From Felis catus (lineage: Eukaryota), in contig NC_058368.1 in the NCBI RefSeq assembly GCF_018350175.1, positions 227,108,001 to 227,172,000 of the forward strand: a stretch of DNA of 64,000 nucleotides, given 5' to 3'. The position numbers and the translations under genes are program-made. Below, in pieces: positions 38,967-50,934 of the stretch. Positions within the stretch are counted from its first letter, which is position 1; the number at the start of each line of letters is the position of its first letter. The notes beneath the pieces are model-generated. The model ran no database searches, was not told the origin of the DNA, and saw nothing but the letters and a program-made list of their open reading frames with translations.

Positions 38967-40540
38967 AAGCAGATCCAGTCAAGTAAGACACATAGCTTTA
39001 TGATAGTTACAGTCTTTCTCCTCAGAGGATTTATTTCAATATCTCTATGTACTTGGATATAAGCCAGACAGAAAATTTGCCAAAATACCTAACCTCAGAA
39101 AAAGCGGGGCATTATTAGGCCACTGGCTTTAGTCTGTGAATTGAAATAAATAAAAACTGTGCTGCAAAATCCATTATTTTCAGGAGAATGTTAATAGTAG
39201 TGATGAAAATAGACATCCTTTTCTCGTTCCCATTTTCGCCACTGTTATTCAATATTCTACTAGAAGTCCTAGCCAGAGTAATTTGGCAAGAAAAAGATAA
39301 TAATAAAAGGCATCCACGTTGGAAAGGAAGAATTAAAACTATATTTATTGCAAATGGCATGATTCTATATACAGAAAATGCCAACGGATCCACCCAAAAC
39401 TACAAGACTTAATCAACAAATTCAACCAAGTTGCAGGGTGCAAAACCAAAACACAAAATAATTTGTGTCTCTATACATCAGCAATAAACAATCCACAAAG
39501 GAAATTAAGAAAACAATTCTGTCACCATGGTATCAAAAAGAATAAAAACCTAGCAATAAAGTTAACCACAGAGGTAGAAGACGTACACACTGAAAACTAT
39601 AAAATATTACTGAATGAAGTTAAAGAAAACCTAAATAAATGAAGAAAATAGGAAGACTCAATAATGTGAAGATGGCAATATGCTGCAAAGCAATCTACAG
39701 ATAAATTACAATTCCAATGGCCTTCTTCAGAGAGATGGAAAAGCTATCCTCAAACCTATATGGAATTGCAAGTGACTCTGAATAACCCAAACAATACTGA
39801 AAAAGGGGGGAACGAGAATTGGAAGACTCACATTTCCCGATTTCAAAAACTAACCACGAAGCGACAGGAAATAAAACAATGTGCTACTGGCATACAGATA
39901 GACATATAGAACAACAGAGTAGAACTGGTATCAGCCCAGAAATAAGCCCAAACATAGGTAACCGATTGCTTTTTGACAAGGGTGCCAAGATCATTCAATG
40001 GAGAAAGAATGGACTCTTCAACAAATGGCTCTGGAAAAAGATGCATAAACACACACATGAAAGCAAGAAGTTGGACTTTTCTACCTCACTCCATAGTCAA
40101 AAATTAACTGGAAGTGGATCAATGACCTAAACAGAAGAGTTAAAAATAAGACTATTGGAAGAAAACACAGGCCTAAATCTTCACGGCCTCTGATTTTGAC
40201 AACAGATTCTCAGATTTGGCACCGAAAAATTAGCAACAAAAGAAAAGATAGACAAATGGGACTTCATATATATCAGAACATTTTGTGCATCAAAGGAAAT
40301 TATCAATAAAGTAAAAAGACAACCTACAGAATGGGAGAAAATATTTACAAATCATATATCTGATAAAGATTTCCTACCCAGAATACATACAACTGTTGCA
40401 ACTCAACAACAAAAAAGACAAACCAATTAAAAACTGGGGAAAGAATTTATATAGACCCTTCTCCAAATAAGATGTACAAATGGCCAACAGGAAGGTAAAG
40501 ATATTTTCAACATCACTGGTGATTAAAAAAATGCAAATCA

Positions 40541-40760
40541 GGGATGATCCCTAACAGTGGAAGCGCAGAAAGGAGGCAAATCTGCGGCACAGTAACAAAA
40601 GGTCCTATCAAGGAAAATTAATGGAGTGATGAACTACCAAAAGAAAATCAATGGGAAATCTTTGACTTCAACCACAGGAAGATTAAAAAGAGGTCCCTGC
40701 TTCAACAAGAAAGTTCTGTAGATCTTTTTCAGTGTTCTTAGTGGTATGTGATATGGATAG
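40541..40760 (+). other. Unidentified retroposed insert (retrocopy-like) within L1
   Basis: Non-L1 sequence splitting the L1 motif atgcaaatca|aaaccac; followed by a purine tail; candidate TSD aaatgcaaatca / aaatacacatca. Confidence 0.6.
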
Positions 40761-40973
40761 AAAGAGAGAAGGAAGGAAGGAAGGAAGGAAGGAAGGAAGG
40801 AAGGAAGGAAGAAGGAAGGGAGAGAGAGAAGGAGGGAGAAAGAAAGAAAGAAAAGAAAGAAAGAAAAGAAGAAGGAAGGAAGGAAGGAAGGAAGGAAGGA
40901 AGAAGGAAGGAAGGAAGGAAGGAAGGAAGGAAGGAAGGGAGAGGGGGAAGGAGGGAGAAAGAAAGAAAGAAAG

Positions 40974-41020
<47 letters not shown>

Positions 41021-41109
41021 AAAGAAAAGAAAAGAAAAGAAGAAGGAAGGAAGGAAGAAGGAAGGGAGAGAGAGAAGGAGGGAGAAAGAAAGAAAAGAAA
41101 AGAAAAGAA

Positions 41110-41153
<44 letters not shown>

Positions 41154-41201
41154 AAAAGAAAGAAAGAAAGAAAGAAAGAAATGAAGGAAGAGGGAGGAAG
41201 G
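40760..41201 (+). repeat. Compound (GGAA)n/(GAAA)n/(GAAAA)n polypurine tract
   Basis: About 440 bp, almost purely A/G. Confidence 0.97.
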
Positions 41202-41926
41202 AAATACACATCAAAACCACCATGAGATACTAGTTCACATCTACTAGGATGGCTATAATCAAATAAATGAGAAGTAATCACCGTTGGCAAGGATGTGGAG
41301 AAATAGCAACTCTCATACATTGCTGACGGGAATTTACAACGCTACAGCCATGGTGAAAAAGTTTGGTGGCTCTTCAATAAGTTAAATACAAAATTACCAT
41401 ATGATCCAGAGATTCCACTCCTAGGTATATACCCCCAAAAAAGTGAAAACAGATATTCAAACAAAAATTTGTTCACGGATTTCATAGCAGCGCTGTGCAC
41501 AAGAGCCAAAATGTGAACACAATCCAAGTGTCCTTAAAGGGATAAATGGATAAACCAATTGTGGTATATCCATACAACGGACTATTATCTGGCCATAAAA
41601 AGGAGGGAAGTGCTGCCATATTTTATGATGGAGGTGAACCTTATAAACATTATGCTATGGTAAGAAGCCAGGCACGACAGGTTACATATTACATGATGCC
41701 TTTTCTATGAAATAGCCAAAATAGGCAAATCCATAGGGGCAGAAAGTAGGGAAGAGGTTCCCTAGGGCTGGAGCAGGGGAGGAAGGGGGGGTGATTACCA
41801 ACTGTCAGCGCTATTCTTCTGGAGTGATGATAAAGTTTTGAAGTGAGAGAGTGGAGGTGAGTGCGTGGCACTGTGAATGCACTAAACGCCACCGAATTCT
41901 GTGCTTTACCATGGTTAATTATATGG

Positions 41927-42147
41927 GTTTTTTAAATTTTTTCGGACGTTTATTCATTTTTGAGAGACAGAGAGAGACAGAGCGTGAGGGGGCGGGGGGC
42001 AGAGAGAGAGGGAGACACAGAATCCGAAGCAGGCTCCGGGCTCTGAGCTGTCAACAGAGAGCCTGAACGGGCTCGAACTCACCATCCGTGAGATCACGAC
42101 CTGGGCCAAAGTCGGATGTTTAACCCACTGGGCCACCCAGGAACCCC
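41927..42147 (-). mobile_element. CanSINE in L1 3'UTR
   Basis: 20-bp TSD tac(c/a)atggttaattatatgg (41907-41926, 42148-42167). Confidence 0.95.
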
Positions 42148-42335
42148 TACAATGGTTAATTATATGGTTTATAACTTGCACTTCCATTTTTAAAAGCCGT
42201 TACTTCACTGGTAAATAATAGCATATTTCGTCAATTGTAGTTCAACGTTCCCAGTGCTCTTATCCTCTCACATTAGGTATCAATTTCACTGGCCTTTTGA
42301 AAAGTTACCTTCTGGGACAAAAGTTTTAAAATGTG

Positions 42336-42553
42336 GGGGCGCCTGGGTGGCTCATTCAGTTAAACGTCCTACTCGGTTTTGGCTCAGGTCATGCTCTTGT
42401 TGTTTTCTGAGTTCAAGCCGCGTGTGGGGCTCGGTGCTGGCAGCGAGGAACCTGCTTGGGATTTTGTGTCTTCCTCTTTCTCCGCCCCTCCCCTGCTCGC
42501 GCTGTCTCTCTCTCTCTCTCTCTCTCTCTCAAAATAAATACATAAACTTTAAA
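42336..42553 (+). mobile_element. CanSINE
   Basis: Full element; TSD aaaagtttt(a/c)aaat(g/a)tg. Confidence 0.93.
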
Positions 42554-42585
42554 AAAAGTTTTCAAATATGATAAACAAGACTCTT

Positions 42586-42768
42586 TTAAATGTTTATTTA
42601 TTTATTTTTGAGAGAGAGAGTGAGCAGGGGAGGGGCAGAGAGAGAGAGGGAAAGAGAGAATCCGAAGCAGGCTCTGCGCTGAGAGGCTTGAACTCATGAA
42701 CCACGAGATCAGGACCTGAGCTGAAATCAAGAGTGGGTGCTTAACCGACGGAGCCACCCAGGTGCCCC
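42586..42768 (-). mobile_element. CanSINE
   Basis: Reverse head gagccacccaggtgcccc, (GA)n, T tail. Confidence 0.93.
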
Positions 42769-42874
42769 TAAACCTGTCTCTTAAAACTATTCGACAACAA
42801 ATTGTCAAAAGATTTGACCAAGACACATGACAAACAGGGACAATCCCTGCTGTTGTTTTAAGAGGAAAGTTATG

Positions 42875-43099
42875 GGGGCGCCTGGGTGGCTCCGTCAGTT
42901 AAGCGTCCAACTTCGGCTCGGGTCACGATCTCGCGGTTCGTGGGTTCGAGCCCCGCATCGGGCTCTGTGCTGACAGCTCAGAGCCTGGAGCCTGCTTCGG
43001 ATTCTGTGTCTCCCTCTCTCTCTGCCCCTCCCCTGCTCATGCTCTGTCTCTCTCTGTCGCAAAAATAAATAAAAACATTTAAACAATTAAAAAAAAAAA
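42875..43099 (+). mobile_element. CanSINE (fairly young)
   Basis: CpG-rich body; TSD aaga(g/a)gaaagttatg. Confidence 0.95.
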
Positions 43100-43598
43100 A
43101 AGAAGAAAGTTATGTTTACAACACACATTTTGGCATGAATGTAAACCTGGAAGCTTCTTTAGCAGAGCTCAGGATGTCTACAGAGTGTTTTTAAGGACTA
43201 GACTGTCTTGATGAAGCAAAGAAGCAAGACCATCAACTGCACCAAACTCTCAGTGCCACCGAGAGAATGTTCTTCCACGTTCCTGAAGAGTTGGAATACA
43301 AGCAACAATTAAGGGGAAAGCCAAAGAGGGAGGGGGAAAAAAGACAAAAGAAAGAGGGGAGATGGAAAGAAGAATATGAACAAAAGGTGTAGATTGGGAA
43401 CTGGGTTTTTTCGACCGCATCTCAATCACAAATTTCCTGTCTTGATCAAATGCCCTTCAGTTATGTCCAGCTCAGAAGCCTGATGCAAAAATGCCTAACC
43501 CCCTTTGCTGGCAAAGGGCTCCTTGTAGCTAAGTAGAAAATAATTTGGCAGAAAACCAATTTAGGTGTGATGGCCACTGGATCAAAAGAGCAATTATT

Positions 43599-43823
43599 GG
43601 GGTGCTTGGGTGGCTCAGTCGGTTAAACGGTTAAGCATCCGACTTCAGCTCAGGCCATGATCTCATCGCTCGTGAGTTCAAGCCCCGCATTGGGCTCTGT
43701 GCGGACAGCTCAGAGCCTGGAGCCTGCTTCGGATTCTGTGTCTCCCTCTCTCTCTCTGCCCCTCCCCTGCTCATGCTCTGTCTCTCTCTGTCTGAAAAAT
43801 AAATAAAACATTAAAAAAATTTT
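43599..43823 (+). mobile_element. CanSINE
   Basis: Full element with small head duplication cggttaaa-cggttaag; TSD caaaagag..atta. Confidence 0.94.
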
Positions 43824-43844
43824 CAAAAGAGGATTACGTTGATG

Positions 43845-44390
43845 CACATCTCCAGTTAGCCTCTGTCAAGTTCCTGAACATTCTCATCGCCTCAAAAGGA
43901 AACCCCCTACTCCCTCAGTAGTCACGCCCCCTCTGCTTCCCCTCAGCTCCTGAGCAACCACTGATATGCTTTGTCTCTATAGATTTACCTATCTGGGATA
44001 TTTCTTATAAATGGAATCACAGCAGATAAGAACTTTTGCGTCCGTCTTCTTTCACGCAACATGTTTTCGAGGTGCATCTATGTTACAGCATATAACAGCA
44101 CTTTGTTCTTTTTGTGCCTAAATAATATTCCACGGCGTGGATCGGCTACCATTTGTGATCCCCTTATGAACCTTGGGCTGTTTATACCTTTTAGCTATCG
44201 TGCACAGGGCTGTTATGAACATTTACGTACTAGTTCTTGTGTGAACATCTGTTTCCAATCTGGGGGAGTATATGCCTGGGGGAGTGGGTGTGCTGGGTCA
44301 TATGGTAATTCTATGTTTAACCTATTGAGCAGATACCACACTATTTTCCACAGTGGCCAGACCATTTCACATTCTTACCAGCAACGTCTG
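43845..44390 (-). mobile_element. L1 (L1MB-like) 3' fragment
   Basis: gcaaccactgat...gtctctatagattt...ataaatggaatca...gctgggtcatatggtaattctatgtttaac. Confidence 0.88.
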
Positions 44391-44751
44391 AGTCACACTG
44401 TTTACGTCTTAAATCTAAAGGTCTCTTTTAGAGTCATTAGAAAGGATTTTCAAACAACCTAATTTTTAAATTTTGTTCTCTACCAATTTTGCACTATTTA
44501 AACAGCAGAAGAGAAGACCTTTTTAATTGTCCAACTATATTAGATTGTCTAAATCAAGTATGGTATATAATGGCATAGGAAAGTCAATTTCAATCTCCTT
44601 GGTACTGTATTTAGTAATCTTTTAATCTGCATATAGATACATGATAGCTTAACTCACCATTTCCCGAGATTATTTGTCCAAGAAACACTCTTAAATCCTA
44701 ACAGGAGTTGAGGTAAAATACTAGCTTGAATTGTTATAAGAAATGATCACA

Positions 44752-44892
44752 GTTGCACCTGGGTGGCTTAGTTGGGTAAGTGTCTGACTCTTGATTTCAC
44801 TACAAGTCATGGTCCCACAGTTCATGGGTTCGAGACCTGCATTGGGCTCCATGCACTTGGGATTCTCTCTCTCCCTCTCTCTCTCTGTCCCT

Positions 44893-44936
<44 letters not shown>

Positions 44937-44955
44937 ATAAATAAACTTTAAAAAA
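44752..44955 (+). mobile_element. CanSINE
   Basis: Head, long (CT)n, tail; TSD aaga(a/g)atgatc(a/g)ca. Confidence 0.92.
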
Positions 44956-46289
44956 AAGAGATGATCGCAAACTTAATTGAGATTTATCAACCTTTTAACA
45001 GAGCAAAAAGTAAATAGGAACATAAAAATTTTTAGTTTTGTAATATGGTGCTAGAAGGGGGAAAGAAGTTGTTAAATCCAATCTGATACGAGGGACAACT
45101 CTGCAGCACTCTGTGTGCACATATTTTGTTTTCCGTGCTGTGTTAGAATACAAAAAATCTGATTTCTTCCAGGTAGAGTGCAGCAGAAAGGGAGAGATGC
45201 GGCCTGATGCTGCTATAATATTTGGGAGATCACGAGTTAGGGTATCTCAAAACGTACAGTTTATCTTGAATACTTTCTGTATAAACCAAAGACACTGATT
45301 ATTAATGTTCTCTTCAAAGTATCCTTGTTTCCACTCACTTAGACTAGACACATAAGGCCACGACATCTCACTTTTCTATTTAACCTGCCTCTGTCAGCTA
45401 GAGATCGTGGCAAGTGAGTTTGTGGAAAGTGATCATTCAGGGCCCTAAACGCACCGAATAACATGGCGAATGTACATTGAAGTTGACACACAGGATACAT
45501 AGCATAGATCAGTGGTCATCAAAGAGAACACTCACGTCTGTTTGACAGTGAGCCAACAAAAGCCTGCCTCCGTGTCACTGATGGATGCAATGTCATATGC
45601 GTTGAGCAAATCTTCTCACACCTCATTTTTTAAATGCAATTTAGAGTGCATAAATTGAATGGTTAGCATTTCCTTTTACAGAATGACCTATGGCGTCTCC
45701 TGGGGTCCAACAGGCAAACTTTGAAAGTAATTTGAATGAAGGTGCGCTCAGGATCCGGATCGTCTAACCAGCATGAGACGCTGTCATGGCTTGGCTGAAA
45801 GGGAGCTCAGACTGTGCCTCCCGCTAAGGTCTGCTCACATCTTCCACTGAGAACACAGTGATTAATTCTCACAATAATGGCTCTCTCTCCCCAAACTTCC
45901 TTATTTCATCCCACGGCTGGTACCTGGGGGCCCACACTAGTGGAGTTTTACTTCGAACAGCTCCAGGAGAAGAAGGTAAAAAAGTAGCTCACTTTCTTAA
46001 TTTTTGAAAGACAGAAGAGGCATGGGGAAGTCACTAAGGCCCATGCAGAAGTTAAACTGTGTATAAAGAAATTTAATTCCAACTGAATCCTCATGGAGCT
46101 GTCACAAGTTTGATATTATCTGGAATTAGAAGTCCATTTTCCTTTATTCCGGTAATGAAAATGTGGCAGAACAGGAGAGGCTAAAAGGAGCTAAGCAGCT
46201 AGTACAGCTGGCCCAAAAGTACCATTAACAATATTTTATTTTTTCTATGGATCAAGAAGTTCAAAGCTGAATGTAGTCAGAGATACCCG

Positions 46290-46812
46290 TGTCGCGACCG
46301 GCGCGACAAACACCGAGGTCAGGTTCCTGAGGGTAGGGGAATGCAAGAAAAAAAGAGAGAAGAGAAAGTTTGGGAACAGGAGGGTCCCCTGGGCTGATGG
46401 CCCAAGTGACGGCTTTATTGTTGCTGTACACAATCTTTTATAATATAAGACTCTTATGGATCAGGTCATTCTAAGAATAAACAGGTTTCACATGATCACT
46501 GCCAGCCAAAACATTTAGTTCTGTGTACCTTGTGAACTTTCTGAATGGGTCACAAGACCTTGTTGATAGATTGCTAGCAAAACACAGTTCCCATGTTTGT
46601 TTCTATCTGACTCGGGGTAGATAAAGGGAGGTAGCATTACTGCCAACACCTGCAGACCACAGGCTTCAGGAATTAACTTTCTCAGCCTTGACAAGGCTTT
46701 TGTATGCCCTTGAAAGTGGGGGAATGGGAGGGGGAACCACCGGGTTGGCTGAGTCAACAGGGAACGTTGCTCGACCCGGTCTCAGCCTGGCACCGGGGCC
46801 CGGCCCCCCACA
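46290..46812 (-). mobile_element. Solo LTR, class II (betaretrovirus-like) ERV
   Basis: Minus strand begins TGTGGGG and ends ...CCGGTCGCGACA; 6-bp flanks tacccg/taccgg; TATAAAA (46436-46442) 16 nt upstream of AATAAA (46414-46419); CpGs retained. Confidence 0.8.
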
Positions 46813-49029
46813 TACCGGTGCCCCTTAAACATTCTAAAGATGCACAGACCAACATTTCAGGTGGCAAAAGCTGAAGGTGAGCCCTGGTGTTGGGGCGGAT
46901 TTGGAGGAAGGACGGCCACAGAAGAATATGTGATATAGACAAAAGGCAGTCCTCAGCTTGACCTCTCTCTTCCAGCAGTGCTCCAGGCCAGCGCCTCATG
47001 ACCCAGAAAAAAATCTTGTCGTGTCGTTCCAAAAGAGTCCCAGAGACACAGCATCCTGACTTACAGCCATCTTCCCTAGCAAGATAGACGTCTGACAAGT
47101 TTGCACTCAGGTTGGTCAAGATGGCACTTCTTCCAAGTGTAACTGACTTGAATAGGACTCCAGCAATCCCAAAGGGGTGAGTCTCCAGCAGGGAGAATCA
47201 CAGCTAAGTAGTGGAGTGATTCCCAAAGAACAGAAAGAATGCAGATCTGGAGGATGACGTGTGTCCCCGTGTAGGACGTGACCACATGACACTCAGTCTC
47301 CTTGGGTCAGTTTCATCGGCAGCAAAGTGACGAGATAAGGTCTGGCTGCCCGCTTCTAATTTCTAGCACCGATAGACCCCAACGGGACTGTGGCTGCTGC
47401 CCCGATGCCGGCGAGCCGGGAAGGGTGGGCAGCCCTGCCCGTGGGACACATCGTGCAGAGACAGGGGAGATGACGAGGTTTCAAGCACAGGGTGAGTCAG
47501 GCTGGAGGTTGGGAATGGGCGGCCAGCCGGAACTCGGCCCACACTGGGTAAAGATGTGTGGGTGGTGGAGAATGCTCTCTCACACAAACCTCTGACCACA
47601 GCTGCCCGTATTCCACCTTCTTTGCCATCCTCAGAGATGAGCCACAATAGTAGAAAAACATTGCAAAGGCAAATGTGGTAATGAAGCCCTAATGTGGTAA
47701 TTAAGCAGTAGGAGACCCTACCACTCTCTCCAGGCCATTAGCTTTACCCGAATCGTAATCTCCCTTTTAGTTAAGTCTCTTGACCGTGTGAAGGGTGCCC
47801 TGACTTCCATCCAGAGTCAAATGACTTCTACGGTAAAGAGTACAATGGGGCAGGTTGTCAAGTAATTCTGTTTCTACTCTCTGTAAAGAGGAAGTAAATT
47901 TTTGGCATAAAAAAATCCATCTCGTCCAACCTACGCTACAGATCGTCCGTGTGTCTAAAGACCTGTGCTCAACATTAGCAAACCTCTTTGCCCTCACACC
48001 TGGTTTTAAGCTGAAGCTTAAGAAAAAAGTTTTATTATGTGCTTGTTTTTAAAAGTCAAAAATTTACCACAGTGGATGAGTATGTTTCACAATTTTTGTT
48101 TGTAATAGAAGCCACAGTCAGACATTTAAAGCAAGTATAACTGGCTGACAACCTCTCCTTCCTGTGGTTAAAATGATAGGAAGTGATTTATAAACTGTCA
48201 TCAGAGTTAGCTAAACAATATTTTATCTCATGTAGTTGGCATGATTTAAAGCTCTTGGCACACTAAAATAAAAAGCATGATCTTCACTGACTGTTAAACA
48301 ATGAGATTCACACCCAGAAAAGTAAAAAAAAAAAGAAAAGAAAAGAAAAAAATTAAGTGAAGGTTTAGATGCATATAACCTTTCAAAAATTTGGACCTCG
48401 GTATATAATGAAGTGTTATCGCAGTTAAACATTGGTGGTAAATAACTCAGATCTTTGGGGTGTAAGCTAATTGCTGAAGATCAAGGAGAGTTTGGTAAGA
48501 AAAAGCTAGTGTTATTTCACTAACCTCCAAAACTCAGATACAGTCTACACCTGAATGCAAAATAGACACGCGATGAAAAGTTCGACAAAACTGCAAAAAC
48601 CTCATTGCCTTCTGGAGATCAAGCCCATTTTCCAACAACTGATTAATTGAATCAAAGTCACCACCTTCTTGATCTTGACCCACCTTTAATCCCGCTGCAG
48701 AAATCCCCAGCACAAATTTAATTAAAGAGTTTTGTCACAACGCTAATTAAAGTGAGGTTTATATCTTACATAATGGAGATTCTCAAATATTTGTTCATTA
48801 CCTGCTCTACAATGTTACTCCACACCACTGACATTAGTCAAGAACTATTGTCTTAGCCCTAAAATAGAATAACATTTTTGAATATCAATATTCTACACAC
48901 CCAGATAAAAATCTAGGTGTATTAACATCCTTAAATGAATAAACTTAATTGCTAAACTTCTTTGCAACATAGAACGTACCATAAGCTTTCACATGACAGT
49001 GGCCAGATAGACACCTTCTCTAAGAATCA

Positions 49030-49311
49030 AGAAAAAAATCATCCAAGTATCTCACAGATGGAAGAATGAATTATAATACAGGAACCACCATAGAATGTTA
49101 CAGAAGCATCAAAAGAATGAACTGGAGATATGCCAGTTGACAGGAAAGATTTTCCAGAAGATCGTAGTGCGTACAAAAGATGAAATGCAGGGGCACCTGG
49201 AGGCTCAGTTGTTTGAGTGTGTGACTCTTGGTTTCTACTCAGGTAATGATCCCAGAGTGGTGAGACTGAACCCCATGTCAGGCTCCTCGCTGGGCATGGA
49301 GACTGCTTAAG

Positions 49312-49365
<54 letters not shown>

Positions 49366-49765
49366 AAAAAAATTAAAAAATTCAATTAAAAAAATAAAAT
49401 GCAGAGATGTGTTCATAGTATCATCCTATCACACCCACAGGCACACAAAACTTGTAAATGTATTTACATACATCTAAATGTATCTAAATGTGCATCTAAA
49501 TGTGCATCTAAATGTCTGTATGTATATACGTAACGTATATGTGTCTATATGCATATTCATATGTATTTGTATATAGTTACATAGAAAAAAATACTAAAAC
49601 TTGAATACCAGGTTGCTAACGCTTTGCCTCGGGAAGTAGATTGGGGTGGAGTGGGGGGGGGGGGTGGTAGAGGGCAATACAGGGCAAGGAGAAAGGTAGA
49701 AAGGAAAAGGAAAAAAAAGATCGAACCAAGAAGGTACGATTCTATTTGTTTAACATTATATATAT
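49030..49765 (+). mobile_element. Very old L1 (L1ME/MC-like) 3' fragment, interrupted by a SINE
   Basis: catagaatgttacagaagcatcaaaagaatgaactgg...ggaaagattttccag; AT-rich 3'UTR. Confidence 0.5.
49190..49390 (+). mobile_element. Older CanSINE with long (CT)n
   Basis: ggggcacctggaggctcagttg...gagactgcttaagattctctc; TSD ...aaatgca. Confidence 0.9.
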
Positions 49766-49767
49766 GT

Positions 49768-49978
49768 GGGGGTGCCTGGGTGGCTCAGTCGGTTGAATTT
49801 CTGACTCTTGGTTTCGACTCAGGTCACGATCTCACAGTTCGCGCCTTCGAGCCCCACATCAGGCTCTGTGCTGACAGCAGGGAGCCTGCTTGGGATTCTC
49901 TGTCTCCCCCCTCTCTCTGCCCCTTCCCCACTCACTCTCTCTCTCTCTCAAAAATAAATAAATAAACATTTTTTAAAA
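49768..49978 (+). mobile_element. CanSINE
   Basis: Full head, body and tail. Confidence 0.94.
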
Positions 49979-50794
49979 GTATATGGATGTGTTAAAGAAC
50001 TTTAAAAAGGAGACTTGTGTCTATAGACTTACAGAGACGGCTTTGGAATATTAAAGACAAGTTGCAGAGCAACGTGTCTGGTATGATTCTCTTTTGTTTT
50101 TTAAACATAGTTTTATTTTTTTAATGAACACGTTCTCATAACAAAATATATGAAGAAATAGGGACGCAGAAGAGGAAAAGTCAAGATTATCTAATTCTAA
50201 CAAGAATGCAACCACTGTCAAGTTCCTGAAGCGTGTCCTTCCTGGTTTAGTTATTAAGGGAAATGCAATGCTGTGCACTATGCTCTAACCTTCCTTAATC
50301 AGGTAAGAATGCACCCCTAGTCACACCCGGCCAGGTACTCTCTGCTCCCTGTGTCACAAGTACCGAAGGCCTCGAGGCTCCAACACAACGCCCGTTAGCC
50401 CTACGCCAGAGCGACCTTCCATGGCCTCGGCTGAAGCCCACTTGTCCTCTCGCCACAGCGAGACCTGGGCTGAGCTGAGCTGCAGGCTCCAAGCTCACCC
50501 TCCTGCTATGTCCCTGCCCACTCCCCAACACGAGGAGCAAGATGGAAATTCTAGGCGCCATTCATGCCCCCCTGTGAGAAGTAAGAGCAACTCAGGAGAA
50601 TGAACCTGGCCCACCTTGTGTTTCCCGGTTGACCTCGAGGAGACTGTCCCCAGTTGATGAGGGAGCAGCCTGCAAGACAGTCGCCTCTCAGAGCTCCAAA
50701 CATAAAATAGAAGCAAACGCCCCAGACTCTCAGCAGCACCTCAACTTCCATGATGCCCCTCCTTTCTCTGTATTCTCTTCCGGAAAGACATGAT

Positions 50795-50852
50795 CAAGCT
50801 GATGTGGAGCCCACTTGGGATCCTCTCTCCCCCTCTCTCTCCGCCATTCCCC

Positions 50853-50892
<40 letters not shown>

Positions 50893-50933
50893 AAATACAT
50901 ACATACATACATACATACATACATACATACTTA
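50795..50933 (+). mobile_element. 5'-truncated CanSINE with (TACA)n tail
   Basis: gctgatgtggagcccacttgggatcctctc...(CT)n...(tacatacatac)n. Confidence 0.8.
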
Positions 50934-50934
50934 A

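Larger units (their letters stand above)
39228..42195 (+). mobile_element. L1 (L1MB-like) ORF2 from RT region to 3'UTR, with two nested insertions
   Basis: PFSPLLFNILLEVLAR RT motif and LFDKGAKIIQWRKNGLFNKW in the ORF track; L1MB-type 3'UTR (aataggcaaatccatag...). Confidence 0.92.

Noticed and set aside
40620..40730. Possible C/D-box snoRNA (GTGATGA at about 40625)
   Set aside because: No appropriately placed CTGA D box or terminal stem.
40634..41320. Long ORFs (228, 161 and 150 aa) rich in F/L/S or K/E/R
   Set aside because: Translations of the GAAA/GGAA microsatellite, which lacks stop codons.
49471..49515. catctaaatgt(g) repeated about 4 times
   Set aside because: Minisatellite inside an old L1 3'UTR, with no spacers; not CRISPR-like.
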